This document shows positions 1 to 6,407 of a stretch of DNA of 18,007 nucleotides, piece by piece (position 1 is the first letter of the stretch; every line of letters starts with the position of its first letter). The position numbers were made by a program, and so were the translations under genes. Under the pieces are notes generated by a model. That model searched no databases. It was not told the DNA's origin and was given only the letters and a program-made list of their open reading frames with translations. The DNA is from Clostridia bacterium (GTDB lineage Bacteria; Bacillota; Clostridia; Christensenellales; Aristaeellaceae): NCBI GenBank assembly GCA_045617125.1, contig JAZLIA010000019.1, positions 1-18,007 of the forward strand, in the 5' to 3' direction.

Positions 1-962
1 AGGAATACCGCCAGTATGACAATAATCCCGGTAATCGCATAAGTCACATACGTGGCATTGAGGGTCACGTTCAGCCGGGCAAGGATGAAATTCAGTCCGT
101 TTCGAATGACAACCAGCAAAAGCGCGCCGATCATTGCGCCGACGGTGCTTACGGAACCTCCCGCGGCTGCGCAGCCGCCGATGTATGCTCCTGCGATGGC
201 ATCCAGCTCCATTCCGTTTCCCGTGGCAACGGTGATGGTCGCAAAAGAAGCGCTCCAGAGGATGGCCGCAGCTCCCGCCATCAAGCCGGAAAAGGTAAAC
301 GCCCTCACCTTCAGCCCCGCTGTGTCAAGCCCTGCTATCATGGCTGCTTTTTCTGAGCTTCCGGTCGCAAGAATATATCTTCCCGTTTTTGACTTTCTGA
401 AAAACCATCCGACCCATATTCCCAGAAGGATCGCCCAGATCAGCCCTGTCGGGATGCTGTGATAAGATGAAAATAAACGGTTGTACCAGGAGTCTGTCGG
501 AAAAAGGATGTAGGGCTCATTTCCAAATAAAGCTGCCGCACCCCGGACAAACGTCATGGAGCCGAGTGTCACGATGAACGGGGGAAGCTTGAATCTTGCC
601 ACCAGCTGGCCGTTGATAAACCCGATCAGCGCACCGTTGAGAAGCATGACCGGAATGACACCCCACAGCGGCATTCCAAGCTCGTGCAGCTTTCCGGCGA
701 TCACCGCTGAGGCGATGCATACTGCGCCGGAGGAAAGATCCGTGCATCCCAGCGCGATAGCGAAGGCTGCGCCCAGGGACAATACGATATACGGAGAGGC
801 CGACTGCCCGATGCTCACAATATTATATGAACTGAGGAAGTTGTTGTTAAGCAGCGTGATGATCTCCGAGAGGAGGATCAGCGTGAACAGCAATATCCGG
901 ATGTTTTTATGCTCGATGAACTTCGATCTGACCTGTTCTCTTGTGATCTTTTTATTCCCCAT
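1..962 (-). CDS. Sugar ABC transporter permease (CUT2 / RbsC-AraH type), C-terminus cut off by the window edge
   Basis: This gene is absent from the supplied ORF track because it has no stop codon in the window. Manual minus-strand translation from the ATG at 962-960 stays open to position 1: MGNKKITREQVRSKFIEHKNIRILLFTLILLSEIITLLNNNFLSSYNIVSIGQSASPYIVLSLGAAFAIALGCTDLSSGAV...ATGNGMELDAIAGAYIGGCAAAGGSVSTVGAMIGALLLVVIRNGLNFILARLNV... It has multiple hydrophobic spans and the G-x-ELDAIA-(x3)-IGG block typical of RbsC-like (BPD_transp_2) permeases. Its ATG overlaps the stop of the upstream ATPase gene by 11 nt, which suggests translational coupling. Confidence 0.85.
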   Translation of the reverse strand, partial: MGNKKITREQVRSKFIEHKNIRILLFTLILLSEIITLLNNNFLSSYNIVSIGQSASPYIVLSLGAAFAIALGCTDLSSGAVCIASAVIAGKLHELGMPLWGVIPVMLLNGALIGFINGQLVARFKLPPFIVTLGSMTFVRGAAALFGNEPYILFPTDSWYNRLFSSYHSIPTGLIWAILLGIWVGWFFRKSKTGRYILATGSSEKAAMIAGLDTAGLKVRAFTFSGLMAGAAAILWSASFATITVATGNGMELDAIAGAYIGGCAAAGGSVSTVGAMIGALLLVVIRNGLNFILARLNVTLNATYVTYAITGIIVILAVF

Positions 963-2460
963 TTCCGTTATTCCTCCCGCCTGTAGCATAATACATGATA
1001 TGTTCAGGTGTAACGCCGCCTGCAGGAAGCTCTCCTTGCGGAGTTCCCTCATACATGACGATCACTCTGTCGCAGAGCGCCTGGATCTCCTCTGTTTCCG
1101 AGCTGATCAGGATGATCGAGTGCCCCTCCTGCGCCAGGTCTTCGATGATCTGATAGATCTCATCCTTTGCACCGACATCGATCCCCCGGGTCGGTTCATC
1201 AAAAATGATGATCTGAAGGTTTTTCATCAGTGCTCTCGCGATAATGACCTTCTGTCGGTTTCCGCCGGACAGATCCTCGATGTTTTTAGAGTAGGCTGCG
1301 CATACGGTTCCCACTTTTTCGTTCTGCTTTACTGCGTCATGCCATATCGCTTCATCATCCACCCGAAGCCCCGATGCGTAGCGCCCAAGGCTGGAAACGG
1401 CGGTGTTGAAGATGATGTTCTTTCCGACGATCAGGCCTTCTTCATTCCTGTTTTCGGAAAGGTAGCCGATTCCAAGCTTCACTGCGTCCGCCGGGGAGGA
1501 TATCCGAACCGTACGCCCGTTTACCGTGATCGTGCCGCCGGAGATTGGATCTATTCCGCATACGGCCCTGGCAACTTCTGTTCTGCCAGAGCCCATCAGG
1601 CCGGCGAGGCCGAGGATCTCTCCTTTTTTCAGATGGAAATTTACGTCATGGAGATAATCGTGCGTGCCCAGGCTGCGCACATCCAGAACGACCGGAGCAT
1701 CCTCCTTTACACGGCTTCTCTCTTTTGTTCTGAGGCCGACTTCCTTTCCCGTCATGTAATAGATGAGCTGCTGCCTTGTCATTTCCGATGTGGCCCTGCA
1801 AACCACAAATTCTCCGTTTCTCATCACCGTGATCCTGTCAGAGATTTCAAACAGCTCATCCAGCCTGTGAGAAATATAAATGATGGAGATCCCCTCTTCT
1901 TTTATTTTTCTTATCAGACCGAAGAGGTTTTTAACATCCTTATCGCCAAGGGCTGTTGTCGGCTCGTCCATAATGATCAGCTTTGGTTTTCTTGATTTTA
2001 CAGCCGCGATCTCTATTAGCTGCTGTTCTGCCGGGGACAGCCTCCCCATTTTTTCTCTGGGATCGATATGCAGGTCCACTTCATTGAGAAGCTGCACACT
2101 CTCCCGTATCATGCGTTCGTCATCAACCGAGAGGCCCTTCATCGGTTCTCTGCCGAGAAACATGTTCTGAGCGACCGTCAGGTCCTTCACAATGCTGAGC
2201 TCCTGATGGAGCATGAATATCCCGGCTTTCTGTGCTTCCGCCACGTTTCTGAACCGAACGGCTTTACCGCAGAAGCGAATCGTGCCTTCCTCAGGAGGCA
2301 AAATCCCGTACAGTACATTCATCAGAGTGGATTTTCCGGCGCCGTTGGCCCCGATCAATGCATGGATCTCCGACATCTCCACTTGGATCCTTCCGTTCTT
2401 GAGCGCCATGCACCCCGGAAAGGATCTTGTTATGCCTTCCATTAAAAGTAATTCCTGCAC
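952..2460 (-). CDS. Sugar ABC transporter ATP-binding protein with two nucleotide-binding domains (CUT2 family, RbsA/MglA/XylG-like)
   Basis: ORF 952..2535. NBD1 has Walker A GANGAGKST, signature LSPAEQQ and Walker B LIIMDEPT. NBD2 has the degenerate Walker A GLMGSGRTE typical of CUT2 second domains, signature LSGGNRQKV and Walker B IIIFDEPTRGID. I place the start at GTG 2460-2458, preceded by AGGAGG (2471-2466) with a 5-nt spacer, giving about 502 aa. The ATG at 2535 lies inside a near-consensus promoter. Confidence 0.9.
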   Translation of the reverse strand: MQELLLMEGITRSFPGCMALKNGRIQVEMSEIHALIGANGAGKSTLMNVLYGILPPEEGTIRFCGKAVRFRNVAEAQKAGIFMLHQELSIVKDLTVAQNMFLGREPMKGLSVDDERMIRESVQLLNEVDLHIDPREKMGRLSPAEQQLIEIAAVKSRKPKLIIMDEPTTALGDKDVKNLFGLIRKIKEEGISIIYISHRLDELFEISDRITVMRNGEFVVCRATSEMTRQQLIYYMTGKEVGLRTKERSRVKEDAPVVLDVRSLGTHDYLHDVNFHLKKGEILGLAGLMGSGRTEVARAVCGIDPISGGTITVNGRTVRISSPADAVKLGIGYLSENRNEEGLIVGKNIIFNTAVSSLGRYASGLRVDDEAIWHDAVKQNEKVGTVCAAYSKNIEDLSGGNRQKVIIARALMKNLQIIIFDEPTRGIDVGAKDEIYQIIEDLAQEGHSIILISSETEEIQALCDRVIVMYEGTPQGELPAGGVTPEHIMYYATGGRNNGNGE

Positions 2461-2506
2461 GTTTTCCTCCTGAAAAAATGAAATCGGAAGCGGGTCATCT
2501 TTCCGT

Positions 2507-2535
2507 ATTATATATCCATGAAGTTGTATGTTCAA
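2507..2535 (-). promoter_or_regulatory. Sigma-A-type promoter for the ABC transporter genes
   Basis: The minus strand reads TTGAAC (2535-2530), a 17-nt spacer, then TATAAT (2512-2507). It sits about 45 nt upstream of the AGGAGG/GTG start. Confidence 0.55.
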
Positions 2536-2542
2536 GCAAGGT

Positions 2543-2596
2543 GTGCAAATAAACGGGGCTCACGCAGCCATTCCAAGCTGTGCTTCAGCCCCGTAA
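2543..2596 (-). terminator. Putative intrinsic terminator of the 5'-nucleotidase gene
   Basis: On the minus strand, ACGGGGCT (from 2594-2587) pairs with AGCCCCGT (from 2560-2553) around an internally self-complementary segment. The hairpin is followed by TTATTTG and begins 15 nt after the stop at 2611-2613. Confidence 0.5.
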
Positions 2597-2610
2597 ACAT
2601 ATCACCTGTT

Positions 2611-4509
2611 TCAATTCTTTCCTGTTTTTTTCTTCTTGCGGTGATGACGGATGGGCAGCACGATCGCACACACGATGGCGATAAGAAGCACGGCGGCTCC
2701 GCCGATCAAAAGAGGAATGATGGGGGTGGCGGTGCCGGGATGCGAGATCGCTTTGATCCCGTTTTCGCTCACCTTGATTTTGCGGCCCTGAGGGCTGGAA
2801 TAAACATCAGGAAGAAGGGAAACGCCGTCCGCGTCTTTATCGAAGCTCATGAGATAATCGCGGAACGCCGCCCATTCCTTGAGCTCGTTCCCATTTTGAT
2901 CCAGAAGCTCCATTTCGTACAGATCTGTGACAGGGGTGCCGTCGGAATTCACCGGGGTGATCGTAAGAATGCCCTTGGTGAGGCCGTTGAGCATGCCCAG
3001 CATGTTGATGGCATACATGTTGGCGGCGACGCGGTAGAGCTTTTTATTGTCGATCTTTTCACGGGTGCCGTCTTTGCGAACAAGACAGATATCGGTGATG
3101 CGGTCCAGAAGGACACGCTCGGTGTTGAAGGTGTATGTGAGACCCGCATAGCTCATTTTGATGGAGCTTACCATGGGGCCGAGGCTGGCGTCCAGCTCGC
3201 ACAGCAGCTTCAGCTCCCTGCCGGTGATCCATGCGCTCACGATGGGATGACCGGCGCTGCCGTCGGCGCCCACGCCCAGGGAGCAGATCTCGAAGGCATC
3301 GGCTGTGGTGATATCACCCTTGCGGATGGAGCCGCGAATGGTGCCAAGACCTACCAACGCCACGTCGATATCGGTGATGCCCGCCTGCTCCGCCGCGTAA
3401 AGATAGGAATCGGCGATCAGGTCGCCGGTGGTGTATTCCTGATGAGTGGCATACATTTCATCCAAAGGGATCATATCGAAGGAGGAACGGCAGATCACCG
3501 TGTCAAAATCGGTGGGAGAGGATGAAAGATAGGTGTCGTTCACGACCTTGCGGAAGGCGTCCACCTTCTCCGCCATTGCGGGGTCTTCCCTGACGGAACC
3601 GTCAACGGGAAGGAGACGGTATTCCTTTACCTTTACTTTCCCGTTCTCCACTGTGAAGGTGAGCTTTCCCAGGTTGGACAGGTATTCGCCGCAGCAGACG
3701 ATCACGGTGTCGCCCACAAGAGCAGGCTCCCGATAGGCGCTGTGGGTGTGCCCGCTTACGATGATATCGATATCCGGCACCGCCCTGGCCAGTTCCGCGT
3801 CTTCCCCTTCGCCCAAGGAAGAGGTGCCGGTGTGGGACAGAACAATGATCACATCGCAGCCGTTTTCCAGCATTTCAGGAACCCATTTCTGCGCGGTTTC
3901 GATATAATCGCTGAAGCTCACGTCACTTTGTACACATTCGATGGAATCATAGCCCATCAGGCCCAGTACGCCGATCTTGTGACTGCCTTTTTCTATCACG
4001 GTGTAGGGCTTCACTCTGGCTGCTTGAAGAGCGTCCTTCAGTTGCTGCTGTTCCTGTGTAAGCTCACCTGTCAAATTCAGGTTGGCCTGAACAAGCGTGG
4101 GTACCTTTTCTTCGCATGCGGCGTAAGAACGCAGCATTTCAGCTACTCCGGAGGCGCCGTAATCAAATTCGTGATTTCCCAGCGTGGTCACCTCGCAGCC
4201 GCACAGGCCCAGCATGCCCAGCTCAAAGGCATCGGTAAAAATGGATTGAAACAGGGTGCCCATGGAAAAATCACCGGCATCCAGGTACAGGGTGTTTTCG
4301 TCACGATTTTCTTCTATCAGGGTCATCAGCCGTGCCGCGCCGCCATGCTCAAGCAGACCGGAGCTGCTCTGCGAAACGGTGGGATAATAGTAATCGTGTA
4401 TATCATGGGTAAAAAGCAGGGTAAGCGTTTCGTCCTGAGCGGCAAAGACCGGCATGCTGCAGCACAGCAAAACGAAGCAAAGCAGGAAACAGAGTGTTTT
4501 TTTGAGCAT
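2611..4509 (-). CDS. Secreted bifunctional metallophosphatase / 5'-nucleotidase (UshA/CD73 family) with a C-terminal membrane anchor
   Basis: 632-aa ORF. The N-terminal signal peptide is MLKKTLCFLLCFVLLCCSMPVFA/AQD. Calcineurin-like phosphoesterase motifs are present: THDIHD, DAGDFSMGT, GNHEFDYG, LSHTG, SGHTHS. A 5'-nucleotidase C-terminal-like half follows. The C-terminal hydrophobic helix PIIPLLIGGAAVLLIAIVCAIVLPI is followed by RHHRKKKKTGKN. The RBS GGAGG lies 9 nt upstream of the ATG at 4509. Confidence 0.9.
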   Translation of the reverse strand: MLKKTLCFLLCFVLLCCSMPVFAAQDETLTLLFTHDIHDYYYPTVSQSSSGLLEHGGAARLMTLIEENRDENTLYLDAGDFSMGTLFQSIFTDAFELGMLGLCGCEVTTLGNHEFDYGASGVAEMLRSYAACEEKVPTLVQANLNLTGELTQEQQQLKDALQAARVKPYTVIEKGSHKIGVLGLMGYDSIECVQSDVSFSDYIETAQKWVPEMLENGCDVIIVLSHTGTSSLGEGEDAELARAVPDIDIIVSGHTHSAYREPALVGDTVIVCCGEYLSNLGKLTFTVENGKVKVKEYRLLPVDGSVREDPAMAEKVDAFRKVVNDTYLSSSPTDFDTVICRSSFDMIPLDEMYATHQEYTTGDLIADSYLYAAEQAGITDIDVALVGLGTIRGSIRKGDITTADAFEICSLGVGADGSAGHPIVSAWITGRELKLLCELDASLGPMVSSIKMSYAGLTYTFNTERVLLDRITDICLVRKDGTREKIDNKKLYRVAANMYAINMLGMLNGLTKGILTITPVNSDGTPVTDLYEMELLDQNGNELKEWAAFRDYLMSFDKDADGVSLLPDVYSSPQGRKIKVSENGIKAISHPGTATPIIPLLIGGAAVLLIAIVCAIVLPIRHHRKKKKTGKN

Positions 4510-4541
4510 ATCATGATTCCTCCGAGAGTAAGATCATGAAT

Positions 4542-4572
4542 ATTATAACACGTATTTCGGTATTTGCTTCAA
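4542..4572 (-). promoter_or_regulatory. Putative extended -10 promoter for the 5'-nucleotidase gene
   Basis: The minus strand reads TTGAAG (4572-4567), a 19-nt spacer ending in TGT, then TATAAT (4547-4542). This is a TGnTATAAT extended -10. The spacer to the -35 is long, so that element is weak. Confidence 0.4.
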
Positions 4573-4690
4573 TTCTTTTATGAACGGCCGTTTTTTTCCG
4601 CTACCGCGGTTCACGATAGCCTTTCCATATCGGCACCGTCACCGTATTTTCATACTGTCAGGGTACGCCGAATATGCCGAAAACAGGGGG

Positions 4691-4719
4691 TTGACAAAAG
4701 CGGATTTGGCGGGTATACT
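4691..4719 (+). promoter_or_regulatory. Near-consensus sigma-A promoter for the small ORF / GNAT unit
   Basis: TTGACA (4691-4696), an exact 17-nt spacer, then TATACT (4714-4719). It is followed by the strong RBS AAGGAGGGAGG (4734-4744). Confidence 0.65.
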
Positions 4720-4752
4720 GCAAACCATATTTCAAGGAGGGAGGAACGGCCG

Positions 4753-4860
4753 ATGATCCGCGCTGCGCTGTCTTATAACGGTACGAATGATAACTGGGAC
4801 GTTTATGGTAACGGCTCTGATTTTTCGTATTTGTTTCAGGCAGCGGAAAAAGACGTGTAA
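4753..4860 (+). CDS. 35-aa small ORF, either a candidate leader peptide or a micropeptide (MIRAALSYNGTNDNWDVYGNGSDFSYLFQAAEKDV)
   Basis: The ATG at 4753 lies 8 nt after a GGAGG-rich RBS and about 27 nt after the predicted transcription start of the 4691-4719 promoter. The stop is TAA at 4858-4860, 20 nt before a strong terminator hairpin. I recognise no family. The longer 98-aa version in the track (4564..) begins upstream of the promoter and has no RBS. Confidence 0.45.
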   Translation: MIRAALSYNGTNDNWDVYGNGSDFSYLFQAAEKDV

Positions 4861-4880
4861 TCGACCGGGAACATCCCGCC

Positions 4881-4917
4881 AATCGCCTGCCTGAAACGGC
4901 AGGCGATTTTATTTTTC
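4881..4917 (+). terminator. Rho-independent terminator (candidate attenuator) between the small ORF and the GNAT genes
   Basis: A perfect 11-bp stem pairs AATCGCCTGCC (4881-4891) with GGCAGGCGATT (4898-4908) around the 6-nt loop TGAAAC. It is followed by TTATTTTT. Confidence 0.75.
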
Positions 4918-4951
4918 CAGAAGATGGACAGCAGAAAGGAAGAAAAAGACG

Positions 4952-5422
4952 ATGATACGCAAGGCGACGATGAAGGATGCGGAACGGGTGAACGAACTAA
5001 GGAAGATGGTGAACGACATTCATGTGGAAGGCCGGCCGGATATTTTCAGGCCCGGTTTTTGTCAGGAATTGCAGGACCAGGTGATGAACTACATCGATCA
5101 GGAAAACTTTGGGATCCTGCTGGAGGAGCAGGATGGGGAGATCCGCGGCATGGTGATGCTCGACTGGATCGACCGGCCTGAGTCTCCTTACAATCGGGCC
5201 CGTAAGTTCTGTCATGTGGCGGAGATCGCAGTGGATGAACGCTTCCGCAGGATGGGAGTGGGGAAAGCCCTGATGGAAGGGATGAAGACGGAATGCCGAA
5301 AGCGCGGCGTCAAACGGATCGAACTGGACGTGTGGGCATTCAATGACGCGCTGGCGTTTTATGAAGCAGAAGGGTTTACGGTATTCAGGAGGTTTATGGA
5401 ATATGAAGTTGAAGATGCTTGA
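4952..5422 (+). CDS. GNAT family N-acetyltransferase (single domain, 156 aa)
   Basis: An acetyl-CoA binding motif A-like block is present: VDERFRRMGVGKALMEGMKTECRKRGVKRIELDVWAFNDALAFYEAEGF. The RBS AAGGAAG lies upstream of the ATG at 4952. Size and layout are typical of GNAT proteins. Confidence 0.9.
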   Translation: MIRKATMKDAERVNELRKMVNDIHVEGRPDIFRPGFCQELQDQVMNYIDQENFGILLEEQDGEIRGMVMLDWIDRPESPYNRARKFCHVAEIAVDERFRRMGVGKALMEGMKTECRKRGVKRIELDVWAFNDALAFYEAEGFTVFRRFMEYEVEDA

Positions 5423-6389
5423 TCTGGAACAGGCCGGGAAGGTCTATGAATTCGTTTCGGCGATGCCTGCTGACGAGAACGGGTTTGGGTCGGAATTTTC
5501 CGGGTGTACGCGGGAAGAGTTTGTCCGCCTGGTGGAACGCGCGGAAAAAGCGCGGCGCGGGGAAGATCTGCCGGCGGGATGGGTGCCCCAGACGCAGTAT
5601 ATCCTGTGGAACGATGAGGATATTCCGGTCGGGCTGTTCCATTTCCGTCAGCATCTATGCCCTTCGCTGAGAGAGAGGAGCGGACATATCGGCTATGCCA
5701 TCCGGGAAGGATACCGGGGACGGGGGTATGCTGCCGAGGGCCTTCGGCTGATGATCGAGGAAGCAAAAAAGACCGTGCCGGAGCCTGAGCTGCTCCTTGG
5801 CGCATTAAAGAGCAACAAGGCTTCGCTCGCGGTGCAGAAAAAGAACGGTGCGATCCCCATGCTGGAAACGGAGGATTACCTGCTGAGTCGGATCCCGCTG
5901 GAGCGGACCCGGGTCCCGATCGTTGCGGGAGAGGATAGCCCTTTTTTTGAAGTTGACGGTATGACGGATGGCGAGGTCATGCTGAAGGTGGAGAAACTGA
6001 GCCCTGCGGACCCGGAAAAGCAATGGCTGCCCGCGTATCATTTCTTTATCTGTCTAACGGACGGGACCCGGATCGGCAGCTGTGACCTTCGGCTGGGCCA
6101 TAACGAGAAGATCTATTATGGCGGAAATATCGGTTACAGCGTGGATGAACCGTATCGCGGGCACCGGTATGCCGCCAGGGCGGTAGGTCTGCTGAGAAAA
6201 CTGGCGGCGAGGCACGGGATGGATTTTGTGCTTATCACCTGCGACTGGCAGAACGCCGCTTCGGCGCGAACCTGTGAACTGGCAGGATGCAGGTATATCG
6301 AAACCGTGGAGCTTCCGGAATATAACGATATGTACCGGGAAGGCATGAGAAAAGTGATGGTATGGCAGCTGATGAGTATGAAGGAATAA
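5403..6389 (+). CDS. Tandem-domain GNAT acetyltransferase (two RimJ/RimL-like Acetyltransf_3-type halves, about 328 aa)
   Basis: The first half contains GHIGYAIREGYRGRGYAAEGLRLMIEEAKK...LKSNKASLAVQKKNGA. The second half contains GNIGYSVDEPYRGHRYAARAVGLLRKLAARHG...DWQNAASARTCELAGCRY. Both match the pattern IGY-(x5)-RG-(x)-GYA...N-(x2)-S-(x5)-GF/C. I place the start at ATG 5403, 10 nt after AGGAGG (5387-5392), overlapping the upstream GNAT gene by 20 nt. The track's start at 5343 has no RBS. Confidence 0.85.
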   Translation: MKLKMLDLEQAGKVYEFVSAMPADENGFGSEFSGCTREEFVRLVERAEKARRGEDLPAGWVPQTQYILWNDEDIPVGLFHFRQHLCPSLRERSGHIGYAIREGYRGRGYAAEGLRLMIEEAKKTVPEPELLLGALKSNKASLAVQKKNGAIPMLETEDYLLSRIPLERTRVPIVAGEDSPFFEVDGMTDGEVMLKVEKLSPADPEKQWLPAYHFFICLTDGTRIGSCDLRLGHNEKIYYGGNIGYSVDEPYRGHRYAARAVGLLRKLAARHGMDFVLITCDWQNAASARTCELAGCRYIETVELPEYNDMYREGMRKVMVWQLMSMKE

Positions 6390-6407
6390 CAGGAGCTGCC
6401 AACCCCT

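Noticed and set aside
556-1995. Long plus-strand ORF of 479 aa. Similar long antisense ORFs occur at 2518..3525, 3742..4539, 9537..11039, 12245..12820, 13122..13901, 14362..15258 and 15658..16770.
   Set aside because: All lie opposite minus-strand genes that have unmistakable family motifs: ABC ATPase, 5'-nucleotidase, Hsp33, methyltransferase and histidine kinase. Their translations are low-complexity and rich in Arg, Gly, His and Pro, with no recognisable motifs and no RBS. ORF 9537..11039 even runs across an intergenic gap between two real genes. These are typical shadow ORFs of GC-rich DNA.
4564-4752. N-terminal 63 codons of the 98-aa ORF 4564..4860.
   Set aside because: It starts at a TTG with no RBS. 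It lies upstream of, and across, the near-consensus promoter at 4691-4719, inside the divergent promoter region of the 5'-nucleotidase gene. Only the last 35 codons, from ATG 4753, sit behind a promoter and RBS.
5343-5402. Upstream start-codon extensions offered by the ORF track. These are 5343 for the tandem GNAT, 6953 for msrC, 8430 for the symporter, 11489 for the HEAT-like gene, 13661 for hslO and 15465 for the membrane protein.
   Set aside because: Each extension lacks an RBS at proper spacing and overlaps the preceding gene or its stop. In every case an internal ATG 5-10 nt downstream of a GGAGG-like RBS gives an N-terminus that matches the family.
4753-5422. Small ORF plus GNAT read as a type II toxin-antitoxin pair (TacT/AtaT-like GNAT toxin with an upstream antitoxin), or as a RiPP precursor plus a modifying enzyme.
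   Set aside because: GNAT-toxin antitoxins are proteins of about 90 aa (RHH/DUF1778) that are translationally linked to the toxin gene. Here the ORF has only 35 codons, shows no RHH-like pattern, and is separated from the GNAT gene by a strong terminator. There is no Cys, Ser/Thr-rich core, leader-cleavage motif, cyclase, protease or exporter gene nearby to support a RiPP. A lasso-like reading fails because there is no Gly1 with an Asp/Glu at positions 7-9 after a Thr at -2.
6390-6407. An 18-bp convergent junction between the tandem-GNAT gene and msrC, searched for a shared bidirectional terminator.
   Set aside because: No stem-loop or T/A-runs are visible in or around the junction, so there is nothing to annotate. 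Termination may be Rho-dependent or occur inside the opposing gene.
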